Shown piece after piece: positions 26,401-37,337 of a stretch of 64,000 bases of DNA. The notes beneath the pieces are model-generated. The model searched no databases and was not told the origin of the DNA. It saw nothing but the letters and a program-made list of their open reading frames with translations. Numbering within the stretch: the stretch's first letter is position 1; each line of letters begins with the position of its first letter. Both the position numbers and the translations under genes were made by a program. Source of the DNA: Balanoglossus misakiensis (lineage: Eukaryota; Animalia; Hemichordata); assembly GCA_040954595.2 (NCBI GenBank), contig CM082577.2, forward strand, positions 6,312,301 through 6,376,300. Direction: 5' to 3'.

Positions 26401-29400
26401 AAGTTCTGATCCGCCAAAATTGTAAATACCGGCGGAACGCGGGTCCTGGTTGGAAACACGCGAATGTGTCGCAACTGCCTCGACTCGCCGGCGCAATACT
26501 CACAGATCACTCGTGACCAAGCGTTGAAAATCTACAACTGCACGGCCACGCGTGGAGCCTTACGGTATTGTAAAATGCCGAAAGATATAAATCCTCGATA
26601 AGTATCAGCAGCGAACAGATTATAACCGACGAGTTTATGTACGGCCCACTCGTGGGGATAACCCGATGTCTATCTATGAAGATCGATAGACTGTTAGTTT
26701 AGATGTCTGCCGTTCACACGACACTAACCAAATATTTCCTTTTAATCAGCCCCTGCCCGTGACGGTGTGACGCGCAGGACGAAGTCGGAACTGGAAAAAA
26801 TTGTTCGCTTTGAGAGCAAGTTCTCCCTTCGTTTTCAACTGTGAATATACGCTCAATAACCGATTTTACAAGCAAAAATATTGAGCTCTCCTTTCACAGA
26901 CCACATATAAGACACGTACGGAAAAGATGCAGTCATGTTGAACTTTTGTCAAAGTTGTGTACATGTATACACCTTCGCGTTTGCTTCGGTTCGCTTCAGT
27001 CGAGAATGGAAACCTTCGCCTCGAGTCACAGACTGTCAAATTTGCGCTAACGTATCGCCAATAGTGTGCAGGGTTACGCTACAGGCTATGTGTTACGGCA
27101 GTTTGGACAGTCTGGTCCAAACTTTCCCAGGCCGTAATATTTCGCGCTCCGGCGGGGGCCCTTTTCCAACAGTCCACCGGTCGGTTGTGAACGCGGCGGC
27201 AGCTGGTGGATTTTAGTCCCTTCCGCCGGTGAATATGTATAGACTACCAGCCTACGGGGGCAATGCGTAAATCTCACTCGCTTGGGAAGTTTCCGTTAAA
27301 AACAGTTCCAGTGACCAACGGTTGCTAGATGAACAACGAGCAATAACAAAAACAACAGCAGCTGGGGAGAAACCTCGATCATCTTTTACTCCAACTTTGA
27401 TTTATTCATACATGCATGCATGCACGCATGCGGTAACATTTTTACATACAATTTTGAGAATGTGATTGGCGAGACGAAAATCGACGTGACGTGAATATGT
27501 GAAAGTTACCGGTGTAAGTGCCCTCAGCAACGGACAAACACGAAATTCACACCTACATACATTGGAATTTTAAAACACGACGGGCTAATCCAGCCCTACA
27601 GTTCGCCTGGATTTCATTCAGCTAAACCCCTTCCCTTCGCGGAGCCTCCCGAGATTAGGCGAACTCTCCCAACCACCTGTAAGCCCGTTGAAAATATGCT
27701 CTGACCTAGGGAGTCCGTTCTTTTTTTCCCCTCGACGGCTGGTCCGCATCTTTCTTCACACTTGCAGTGCACACTTCGGGTCACAAGGAAGGCGGGTTGC
27801 TGATTACAGGGGTAGCTGTAACCTCCCAACTTATACGTCCAACACGTTCGTGGTTCGCCGGGAAAAGGGAGCTGAACCATATCGCCGGGCCGTAGACAGA
27901 TTATACCCACTTCTGTAATCTGTGAAAATAAATGAGCTTACGATAGCCTGCCCGATCAGGTCACGATTGTTGATTTTGCGTACCCCTTAAGATAAATATT
28001 GAACTACATCCGTACACTGTTGCACGTTGTGTTGGCAAATACTGCGAAACACTTCAGATTGCTAATTAATTTTTACGTGCGCTTGTGTTTCAACCTCGTC
28101 ATATCGCATCCAAATTGGTCGTTAAGTACTATTCAGGCCGTCCGCGGGACTCTCGCGCCAGTTCTTTTTCAAATCTCGGGGGATCTCGGCAGTGATTTCT
28201 CGCTCCTCCACCGCTGGTTATCAGCGATTTTTATCGGCCCTTTTTCCGGGTGGTCTCGTTCGTTCTTCAATTAGATGCCAGCTCGTATATCCGGTCTGCA
28301 AGCTGTATCAACTGCACACCGCTGAGTTTGTCTGTGGTAACTCGGCAAGTTTACTGTTGCATCTCCAGGTCCGAACTGTTGTAAGGTTATTCCAAAAAAA
28401 ACGGCCCTCCGTCTTCGCGCCATAACAATTCCTGTACAGACGAGACAAATGGATAAAAGATGACAATTAGTCCATGTATGGTACTAGTTAAACATATGTG
28501 TTATACGTACATGTATAAAAAATACTAGTAGTTCCGCGGAGAAAATGTTCATTCAAGATACTATTACACGAATATGATTTTTTTATGTTAAACCAAAAAT
28601 TTCTACATATGTGAGTGTGTGTGTCTCTCTCTCTCTCTCTGTTATTTTAGAACATTTTACTCCAAGCGGCAAATACATACATGTACATCTAACTAGGCTA
28701 ACATCTAACGAATTCCCTTGGAACAAAACTTAAACATATCATAGCAAGTGGTGAAAGGGCCAAAAACCGTTTACATGTAAAACCAAGGTTTGGTGCAGTG
28801 ATGGACTACAGCACGGGGTACCACCAGCAGAGACCATGGCCTCCGATGGAGGTGGTAGGACGCTAGAGCTCCCTACCTCCATGCGGAGATCAAGACGGTT
28901 GGAACAGGAAGTGACCAGACGACGATTTCACAATGGCCGCCGGCGCCGTTGTTTACATGTCGGAGGCACTGGTCTGGTCCGTGGTGGCCGTGCCCCCCCC
29001 CCCTCCCCCATTTTGGCAATGTTTTCTTATGTTGTTCAGCCCAAAAACACACAATCAACGTCTCGACCGAGCCTAGACCTCACGTTTACCAACCTTAGTA
29101 ACGTTGACATGATTTATACTCATAAACACTGAGTGTCTCGCCTGAATTACCTATGCTGTGTGGCTTCTGTTTGTTTTGAAGGAGTGTGTGTATATGGAAG
29201 CCATTTTGCGCGGAGAGGGTTGTAGGTGTACAGTTGCGTTGGTGGTGTTCGGTCAAAGTTTTTTTTTCCGGGGCCTCCACGTAATGAATGCGCATATGAA
29301 CATTGGAATATGGATGTGATTTCAAACGTTGCCGACGGTGTTAAACAAGTCAAGGGGCTTATTCAAAGTTTGACCCCGTGTACGCGGTCGATCATAACCC

Positions 29401-30178
29401 TACCCGAATTACACCGTAGTCACATGAGCAAACTTTGGAAAAGAAAAGCAGCGGAAAATCGCTAGTTTCTTAGCGACGCCATGCAGAGTAATCCGCAGAC
29501 ATGGTAATGGAGAACCGGTCATCTGGCGACTGCACGTTTATTCCGCGCCGGTAAAACCATGCGTCAGTCTTTGAGGCTAAGCTTTTGAGTTCACAAGTCT
29601 CCGAACACCATTGTACACCCCAGTCTCGCCCTTCTTGAACACCGAATATATACTGCTAATTCCACGGTGCTTGTTGAGTGACCGTGACTCCTAAGGTGTA
29701 TTTCAATAGCACCTCCCCCAGAAACAATAAGGATTGGGGACATACAGTCAACGGGGCATTGGTTCTTATAATGGCGTTTCATGATTGGGACTGAAAAAAG
29801 TTAGGGGGCTCTTAACTTTGGTCCTTGTTTACAGCGGCCATGTTCAAATCTCAGGCACGCTGCAGTATAGTCTTACGTAGAAACGGCTTTTAACTTGACG
29901 CTGTTTTAGGGTTTACGCTCGGCTGATTTCAAACCCGGCACGTCACCGTCTTTTTTTTGGCTATGTCCTCGAGCAACTGTGGTTATGTCACCCCGTGTCA
30001 ATTTATGCACAGGGGTGGAAAATGCTGTAATGCGTCGCTATATATAGTTAATTATGGGAAGGCTACCGTATCCGTCACCTAGATGACCGGAAACCGGACC
30101 ATTTTGCGCTTTCAAGACATTACTCATCCAGCAGGACTTTCGGAAGATTAAATGAAATCGGACACGGCTTCCTTATGA

Positions 30179-30470
30179 ATTGGCTCCGCGGCAATAAAAA
30201 GCCGCCAGCCAATCACGAGCCATGGGACTATACCAAGTCAGCGGCGGGCCAATCGGGAGCGGCTATTTTTATATGATTGATAGATGGACCGACAATTGCT
30301 CCCAGACAGAGGGCTGGATTAAATTTTAATGAGTGTTGTTTTCTTAATTATATGTCAATAGGTAACGTGACAGCACACATTCAACTGTTGGCAGACCGCT
30401 GTAGAGTAGGTAGTTTGTGACAGTACTCCAGGAGAGCCGCTGCTTATATACGCGTACCCGGTCAGTGCAT
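30179..30470 (+). promoter_or_regulatory. Probable SoxE proximal promoter (three CCAAT boxes, TATA-like element)
   Basis: ATTGG 30179-30183, CCAAT 30209-30213 (AGCCAATCA), CCAAT 30249-30253 (GGCCAATCG), Sox-like ACAAT at ~30292, TTATATA 30444-30450. The TSS cannot be fixed from sequence alone. Confidence 0.55.
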
Positions 30471-30578
30471 GGTAGCCAAGCCGCCCTACAGTGCCGTGTT
30501 GCCTTTTTCCCCCCTCGTTGCTGTCACTGCTTGTCAACTACTGTTGTTGTTTTGTTTTTTGTTACCGTCGACGGATAA

Positions 30579-30976
30579 ATGCCCTCCTCGGCCTCACCCA
30601 AAATGAGCGACCACGAGAACGAACTTGAAAAGTCACCCAAAGATCTGCAGGAGCAGGAGAAATCAGAACCGGAGATCGAGAGCGACTCGGAACCCGACCT
30701 GGACAGCGTAGCCAAGAAGGCGGCTGTGGCGGCGGCGGCCGCCGGCGCGTTGCCGGACACCATCCGCGATGCCGTCAGCCAAGTCCTGAAGGGTTACGAC
30801 TGGACTTTGGTCCCCATGCCAGTGAGAAACAGCTCCGGATCCAAAGGCAGGCCGCACGTCAAGCGTCCCATGAACGCCTTCATGGTGTGGGCACAGGCCG
30901 CCAGAAAGAAACTGGCCGACCAGTATCCCCACCTCCACAATGCTGAACTCAGTAAGACGCTGGGAAAACTTTGGAG
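30579..30976 (+). CDS. SoxE: SoxE (Sox8/9/10 group) HMG-box transcription factor, exon 1
   Basis: Encodes the SoxE-specific dimerisation domain ([22 protein letters not shown]) and the first half of the HMG box ([42 protein letters not shown]). Ends at the AG|GTAAG donor. The true start may be the second ATG at 30603, which has better context (CAAAATG). Confidence 0.97.
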
Positions 30977-31526
30977 GTAAGCCCACTTCAGTGTTCTGCT
31001 AGTAATCCGGTGTAATTTTGTCCCTCGGATCATAATTTAATAGTGTCAGCTAGTATTTTGTCGATTTACTAACGTCCACTGTCGTTTTGCTAACGTGATT
31101 AGGCCCCGACCATGGTCGGACATACGATACCTGCACTCAACGAACCGAACCATTACCCAAAGCCGCTTATCTGCGCGCACAGCGCGGTGACAAATTGAGA
31201 GCGCTAAAGTAGGCCATAGTGCTTCCTTTTTTTTTTTTTTTTAAATAAGGCCTTGAAAGAGTCGTGCAGGCTTTTGTCATTTCTTGCAACGCATCAAATG
31301 GTGGCGGTTTGTAACGCTGGTCGGTGTGGACGTTCACTGCCCACTGTTTCCTGAGCGGTCTCCGCATGACTGTCTGGTCCACAACAACACACAGGAAAAA
31401 CATGGCCACCTGTTCTCAGGTCAGAAAACCCTGTGTGCGCGCCAAATCCCAACCAGTGTCGTCAGCTCAGCTCTCAATCAGGGATCATCACTCAGGTTTC
31501 CCCCCTCTTTTATTATTCAACTTCAG
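30977..31526 (+). other. SoxE: SoxE HMG-box intron (550 nt, phase 2, GT-AG)
   Basis: GTAAGC donor; pyrimidine tract plus TTCAG acceptor. Splicing restores LWR|MLSDKEK in frame, at the position conserved in SoxE genes. Confidence 0.95.
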
Positions 31527-32517
31527 GATGCTGTCGGATAAGGAGAAAAAACCGTTCGTGGACGAGGCGGAGAGATTGCGCCTGCAGCACAAGAAAGATC
31601 ACCCCGACTACAAGTATCAGCCCCGGCGCCGCAAGGCCATGAAGAACGGCCAGCAGAACAGCCAGGACGAGACCGGGAGCTCCGGCAGCCCGGTCCCCAT
31701 CAACTTCTGCAAGGTCCTGCAGAGAGACCGTCCTCCAGGGAAGGGCGACGGCGGCACGGGCGGGTCGAGTGGCGGCGGCGGTGGTGGTGGCACGGCCCAC
31801 GGTCCCCCAACACCGCCAACTACGCCCAAGACCGAGAGTGCCTCCACTCCCGCTGATAGAGACGGCCCACTGGCGAAGAAAATGAAACTGGCCAGGCCCG
31901 GCGGGGACCAAGATCCCCAGATCGACTTCAACGGGGTCGACATCAGGGAACTGAGCACCGAAGTCATAGGCAACATTGAAGGGTTCGACGTCACCGAATT
32001 TGAACAGTATTTGCCGCCGAACGCGGCCAGTTCGCACCACCCGGCGGGAAGCGCGCAGCCGACCTCCCAGCTTCCCCCTCACCCCCCGCCACCGATGGAA
32101 CCCGGCGAGACAAACGCGTATCCGCACAACTACAGCGCGGGAAGCACGGCCAACCAACCGGGTAGCCCTGGGTCGAGCTGGTCGGTGAGTTCACCGCAGA
32201 CACAGGTCAAGATGGAGTCCTACCAGGCGCTGACACATTACACGTACGCGAACATATCCCAGCAATACAATGGCAGTCCCGGCTATCCCCCTCGCAGTGT
32301 GTCATACGAGAACTATCAGGACGACGGCGGCGCCAACAGCCAGTATTACGGCGCTGCGAGCGCCAACATGCCGCCCCCGTACCATTACATGAACTCCCCG
32401 ATATACACGCCACTCGCCACGGCGACGACCGCAATGTCGCCGCTCTCCACGGAAGACAACCAACAGAGCGGCTGGGAGGCGTACCCAACGTCAGTCGCAG
32501 GGGAACAGAGGTCCTAA
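31527..32517 (+). CDS. SoxE: SoxE exon 2 (spliced product 462 aa from ATG 30579, 454 aa from ATG 30603)
   Basis: Encodes the second half of the HMG box (EKKPFVDEAERLRLQHKKDHPDYKYQPRRRK), GPPTPPTTPK, the K2/TAM domain IDFNGVDIRELSTEVIGNIEGFDVTEFEQYL, a VKME motif and a P/Q/S/Y-rich C-terminus. Stop TAA at 32515-32517. Confidence 0.97.
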
Positions 32518-34770
32518 AAAGAAATTAGCTTCCCGTCACGGGAAACAACTCTAAGTTTTGCCTTTTGAGAGCTAGCGAGTCGAGTTTAGGTTTTGGATTG
32601 TTGAAAATTGCACCAGTGCATGGCGACAAGTTACAACGATGTCGCTAATGGTCTCCAAAACCACTCGCACGTACAAAACCGAACCATTCCAAAAACAATC
32701 TGAAATGTTAAGAAAAGAAGGAACTGGATCAGTCGGCCTGTGGACTAGAACAATTCACCGGACTTATTAAGTCATGTATTGTAAATTTACTAGAGTCTCA
32801 GAGCAATTTAATGCAATTTTTCCCGTGTCGAAACATGGCTACTTAGATGTGGACCGAGCGAACTTTTATGTACAAGATGGCGTACCCCGCATCAAGGTGC
32901 GCTGATGACGTCATCGCCTGTCGAGGTGACATAAGTTTGAACCCTTGAAAACGCCAGTCAAAAAGCTGACACTCCCGAAATGAATGACGGGCAATACACT
33001 GGCAGCTGTACAGATAAGACTGGAGTGGTTGGTGGATAAGCTCGCCGTCAGCCAGCATCGTGTCCCTCTCTCTCTCTGTACGTCCAATGTGTGTCAAGTG
33101 CACAATGTAATTTATTTTACATGCAAGCCATCGCGGTTGTCTAAAAAAAATCTAGGTTGGGACTGTGTCAATCAACTCGACATGTGGACGGCCAAGGATT
33201 GCCCGAAAGGAAACATTACCAGACGGATACATTTCAGTTTCACCGGAGACAATTCACTTTAAAAGGAAGTTATTATTATTCCCAGTCTTTATTTTTATCG
33301 TGCGGGGACGCTTCCAGCTGACCACTTTTCCAGCCTTGTTTGTATATTTAGTAACATAAGGATCATTTTGTGGAGCCAGCTTTCCAAGGCAACATATTTT
33401 ACTGCAGTCTTTCGGTCATGTTAACATTGACAGAAAGCATCGATACGTGTCCCATAAATTCGCCCGGTTTAATTACTCGTCTGAATATTTCACTTCGACT
33501 TCGGCGTAATGATACACGGTAACCAGGTTTCAGATATACACCCCCCTTTCCCCGGGTTCCGAAAGACGTAATCTATTTCAATTATATTTTTACAAGGGAA
33601 ACTAAAATGGTAGTCTTCTTTTTAGGGTGGGGAGGGGGATTGTGTTCAGAGATTTCAGTCCTTACAGCCCGCTGACTATTTCTTGGGAGAAAGAGACCAC
33701 ACAACCAACTCGGGCATTCCCATGTTGTTGGTGCTCTAATTGGTGACAGCTGTCTGGGGTTCCGTTGTGAAATGGGTCAGAATACAGCCACCGAGAGAAA
33801 AAAAACCCTTGATTTCTCTCAGCTGTAGCCCGTTATCAACAGTGGGATTTCCCACACATTTGGCCCCATTACTGAGACCTGGTTCTGTATCATTTTCACG
33901 TGTCAAACACACATACATCTATTTTCCATCAGTTATTCGCACATAATATCGGTGAAGTTTTATTCTACTTATCTGTATTATAAAAGTTGACATAAAAGCT
34001 GGCAAACGCAACGTTTTTTTTATTATTCCCATAAATATATGATTGACTATATCACGCATCGTCATTAGTCACGTCATGAAATTATGATTTTGCTTTTTTG
34101 TGATGAAACTTTTAGATTGGCAGCTGCGAATATAAAGCAGTGTATTTTTGTACAGAATTTGGATCGCTTCAGGTGTATACAACAACAAAAAACAATATAT
34201 TCGCATTAATGCCGCCGTGACACGGAGTCCCAACATACTTATTTTTCCAATGATTTGAATATTAAATATTATTCATAATTATCTGCGTATCAGAGGATAT
34301 TATGTTGATATCAATTTGCATATCGAGTTATTTTGTCTTGACATTATTTTCCCATCTTGTTTACGGTTTAAATATATCGACACCATTCGGTGAAACGTAC
34401 AAACTTGTATACGACATATCGGCAGACGCCCTGTTACATGTTAATCTCATAACCTGGTTTTCATTTTATATCAATTGTTTTAAGGGGAAAAAACTATTCA
34501 ATCGAAAGGATTATGAGACAGAATCTATTTATTTTTGTCGTAACCAATACCACAGTTACATGTTCTATTTTTAATTTTATTTTATTTTAGATTATTAATA
34601 ATCTGTTTGGTGTTACTTTATTGGCCCACGACTCAGAAAGTTTTGTCTACTCTATTAGTAACTCGCAAACTTTTGAGATCGCTGTGTTTTGTAAATAGAT
34701 TTCTTTTCAAAGAGATTTTTGTTTGTCAGCGCTTTGGATGGAATTAAACTCTCTTTCCCTTATTTAAAAA
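32518..34770 (+). other. Putative long AU-rich SoxE 3' UTR with candidate ATTAAA poly(A) signal
   Basis: The region becomes increasingly AT-rich. TGTAAATA (Pumilio-type element) at 34690-34697; ATTAAA at 34261-34266 and 34743-34748. The end point is inferred. Confidence 0.4.
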
Positions 34771-37188
34771 AAGGCGAAGCAATCTCGAGTGCTTTTTTTA
34801 CCTGTATTCTTCCTGACCATGGTCTGTAAGCGGCGGCGTTTACCCATTGTTGCTTATTCATAAAGGGGACAATTGCCAAGGAAGCTCTCTTCAAAGGAGT
34901 TTCCTGAACCGATACATGCACGTGAACAATGATCGCCCGAGATGGCTATCTTGATATCGAAGTTAAGATGGAAATGCACAGTGGGATCGTACCCCGGGGT
35001 CATTCCAGGTCAACCCTGATCTGCATAGGCGCACAAAGCACCTGATTACCCGAGTCCCCGACTCCCATTACGCGTTTGTTTGTGTTGCCTGCAAAAACCA
35101 AACAGCCCCGTTTCGGTAATATGCCATCTGGAGTGAGTTAACGCCAGTTTATGTTTCTCTAGTTCCATTCGAATTATTTCGGTATAATTACACATGAAAA
35201 AGTCGAAAATGATAAGAAAATACCAATCAGTGCAACACGAACAAACGGCGTTGTCGAATTATCTTACCGTCTGCACTCTTGGGATACCCAGCATGCATTC
35301 ATCGAGTTCCTAACTCAGGTAATGAATTGCTCATTATCAAGAGACCCCCCCCCCCCTTTGTTGCGTTCTGAACCCCCTTAGCAAAGATGACAGAAGCTAC
35401 ACAGAAGTTTCTAGAATGAAACTACGGTGATGTGATACTGAACAGAAAAAGACGGAACTCCCGGGGCTAATGCGACCTGGGATAACACTAAGACTCGCAA
35501 AGTATATATAGAAAGGGTCGGGGGTTAAGGCTGCCTCCCCCCCCCTACAATTTCGGATTTCCGTTCGGGGACGTCATCTTCATTGTGGCTGAATGCAATT
35601 GATTTACACGCCGTAAAGCACGGTGGTGTGTATGATGTACGCTCCCCCGCGCTCGCAGTAACAATCTCTTGAGTTGGCACCTTTTTAAAGGAAAATCGAT
35701 ACGAGAAGTAGCCCAGCGAACATAAACCCATGAATAGGAATGGTGCGGGTCTCAAGTGTTGAACAAGGGACCCTCAGTGTCGGCGACACAGTTTTTTTTT
35801 CGGAGGAGGGGGGGGGGGGTAACCCGCGCGTGGTTTTTATCTCCGCCCGGCTGATAAATTGAGATTTGATGCAATAATTCATCTTGCTTAATCCGCTGTA
35901 TTTGCACTCGCACTTCGGAGTTCCTACATTGGTCGAGTTTCGAGATAACGTGAGCAAACCGAACCCCTGTGCCTGAATGGACGGGGCCTGGCTGGAGTGA
36001 AGTACTGAACAAGGCACCGGTCTACATTTTGACATAGATTTGGGATTAATTGTCAGATTTATTAGGGCCCTATCAGATATATATAACCTCTTCTGGCAAT
36101 CACCCGCCATGCCGGGATCAGGGTGTTTGCTGTGACACTTCTAGAGTTTTGCAACTTTTGGGGCAAGTTCGACCTGGCGATAACCCCGTCGCATTGTGAG
36201 CCACGCCAGTGGGTCTTCAAGCGTTGACAAATTAGGCGCAGGTACTCAGCGTTAGAAATATCCAATACGTGTTCTTCTCGGCGGTTACGGAGATACCGGA
36301 CGGTTCAAGGTAGCGACCAGCTGACGACCTGACATTTGGCACCAATTCAATTATTTCAGAAGAGACAAAAAAGCTGTAGCATACAATAGTGAATTACGCA
36401 TTTCAAGATTGAAAATTGAGCTCAATATTTACAACGAAATGAAAGTAAACGCAGGGATTTATCTAGGATCCCACACCACTTTGAACTCAGCAACAGACAG
36501 TGAAATTTAGACTTAAAAAGTTTCAGAGCAAGTCTTGGGCGTTTTATAATTTAACAGAAAGCCCGAATGTCATGAACAGATGTGCGGACACAAGCCGTTT
36601 CCTGTCACATAAACTCAAAAAGTCCATTCGTCCGGACATGGTGCGCAATAACCAACACTTTCTGTCAGAACCCCAGTGTAATTATTGTCCCTTCGTGGTA
36701 ATAAAACCAAACAAAAATAAACATAAAATAATATGGCGGCCACTCCGGACCTTAGCAACCAGTGTTCAAAGAGTCTGGGATCAGGAGAAGTCATTGAGAT
36801 GATTTAGGTGAGCTGGAAAATGACTGGTCAGATATAAATCATGACAATTAATGATCCTCAAAGCATGTTGGTATATAATTACAGCGTGTACTGAATAAAA
36901 ACCTTGGTATCGACATGTTTGAGATCTTAATCCGTTGCATTGAATGAAGTCAATTAGATTTATTTATGACGACAATGCGGTAATTTTCCCTCATTGGAAG
37001 GTGTGGGGGACTAGTCACAGGGTTTAAGTCCTTTACTTGATGCTGTCCAGTTTTCATTTTGAGTCTCGCAATGGATGGGAGAGAAGAATGTTTTGTTATG
37101 TGTTGGGACATGTTGTTCCTGTTCATTAGTACGTTAAAATGACAATTGACTAGGCTACCGTGGGTTTGGTGATAGGAGGCCGTCCACC

Positions 37189-37231
37189 ATGACGACGATG
37201 ACAGTGATGGTGGTAGTGGCGGTAGTAGTGG

Positions 37232-37281
<50 letters not shown>

Positions 37282-37337
37282 TGGTGGTTGTGGTAGTGGT
37301 AGTGGTGGTGGTGGTGGTGGTGGTGGTGGCGGCGATG
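37189..37337. repeat. Compound trinucleotide microsatellite (GAT)n/(GTG/GTA)n
   Basis: Directly visible; produces the spurious poly-T/S and poly-P/H ORFs. Confidence 0.97.

Noticed and set aside
31324-31526. N-terminal 68 codons of the 397-aa ORF
   Set aside because: Intronic read-through upstream of the true acceptor at 31526; no SoxE similarity.
31513-32157. 214-aa antisense ORF and other ORFs overlapping SoxE
   Set aside because: Shadow ORFs caused by GC-rich codon usage on the coding strand.
35121-35135. CTCF-like word (ACTCCAGATGGCA on the minus strand); also AGCGCCCCCAG at ~53349
   Set aside because: Partial matches only; cannot be supported without PWM scoring or ChIP.
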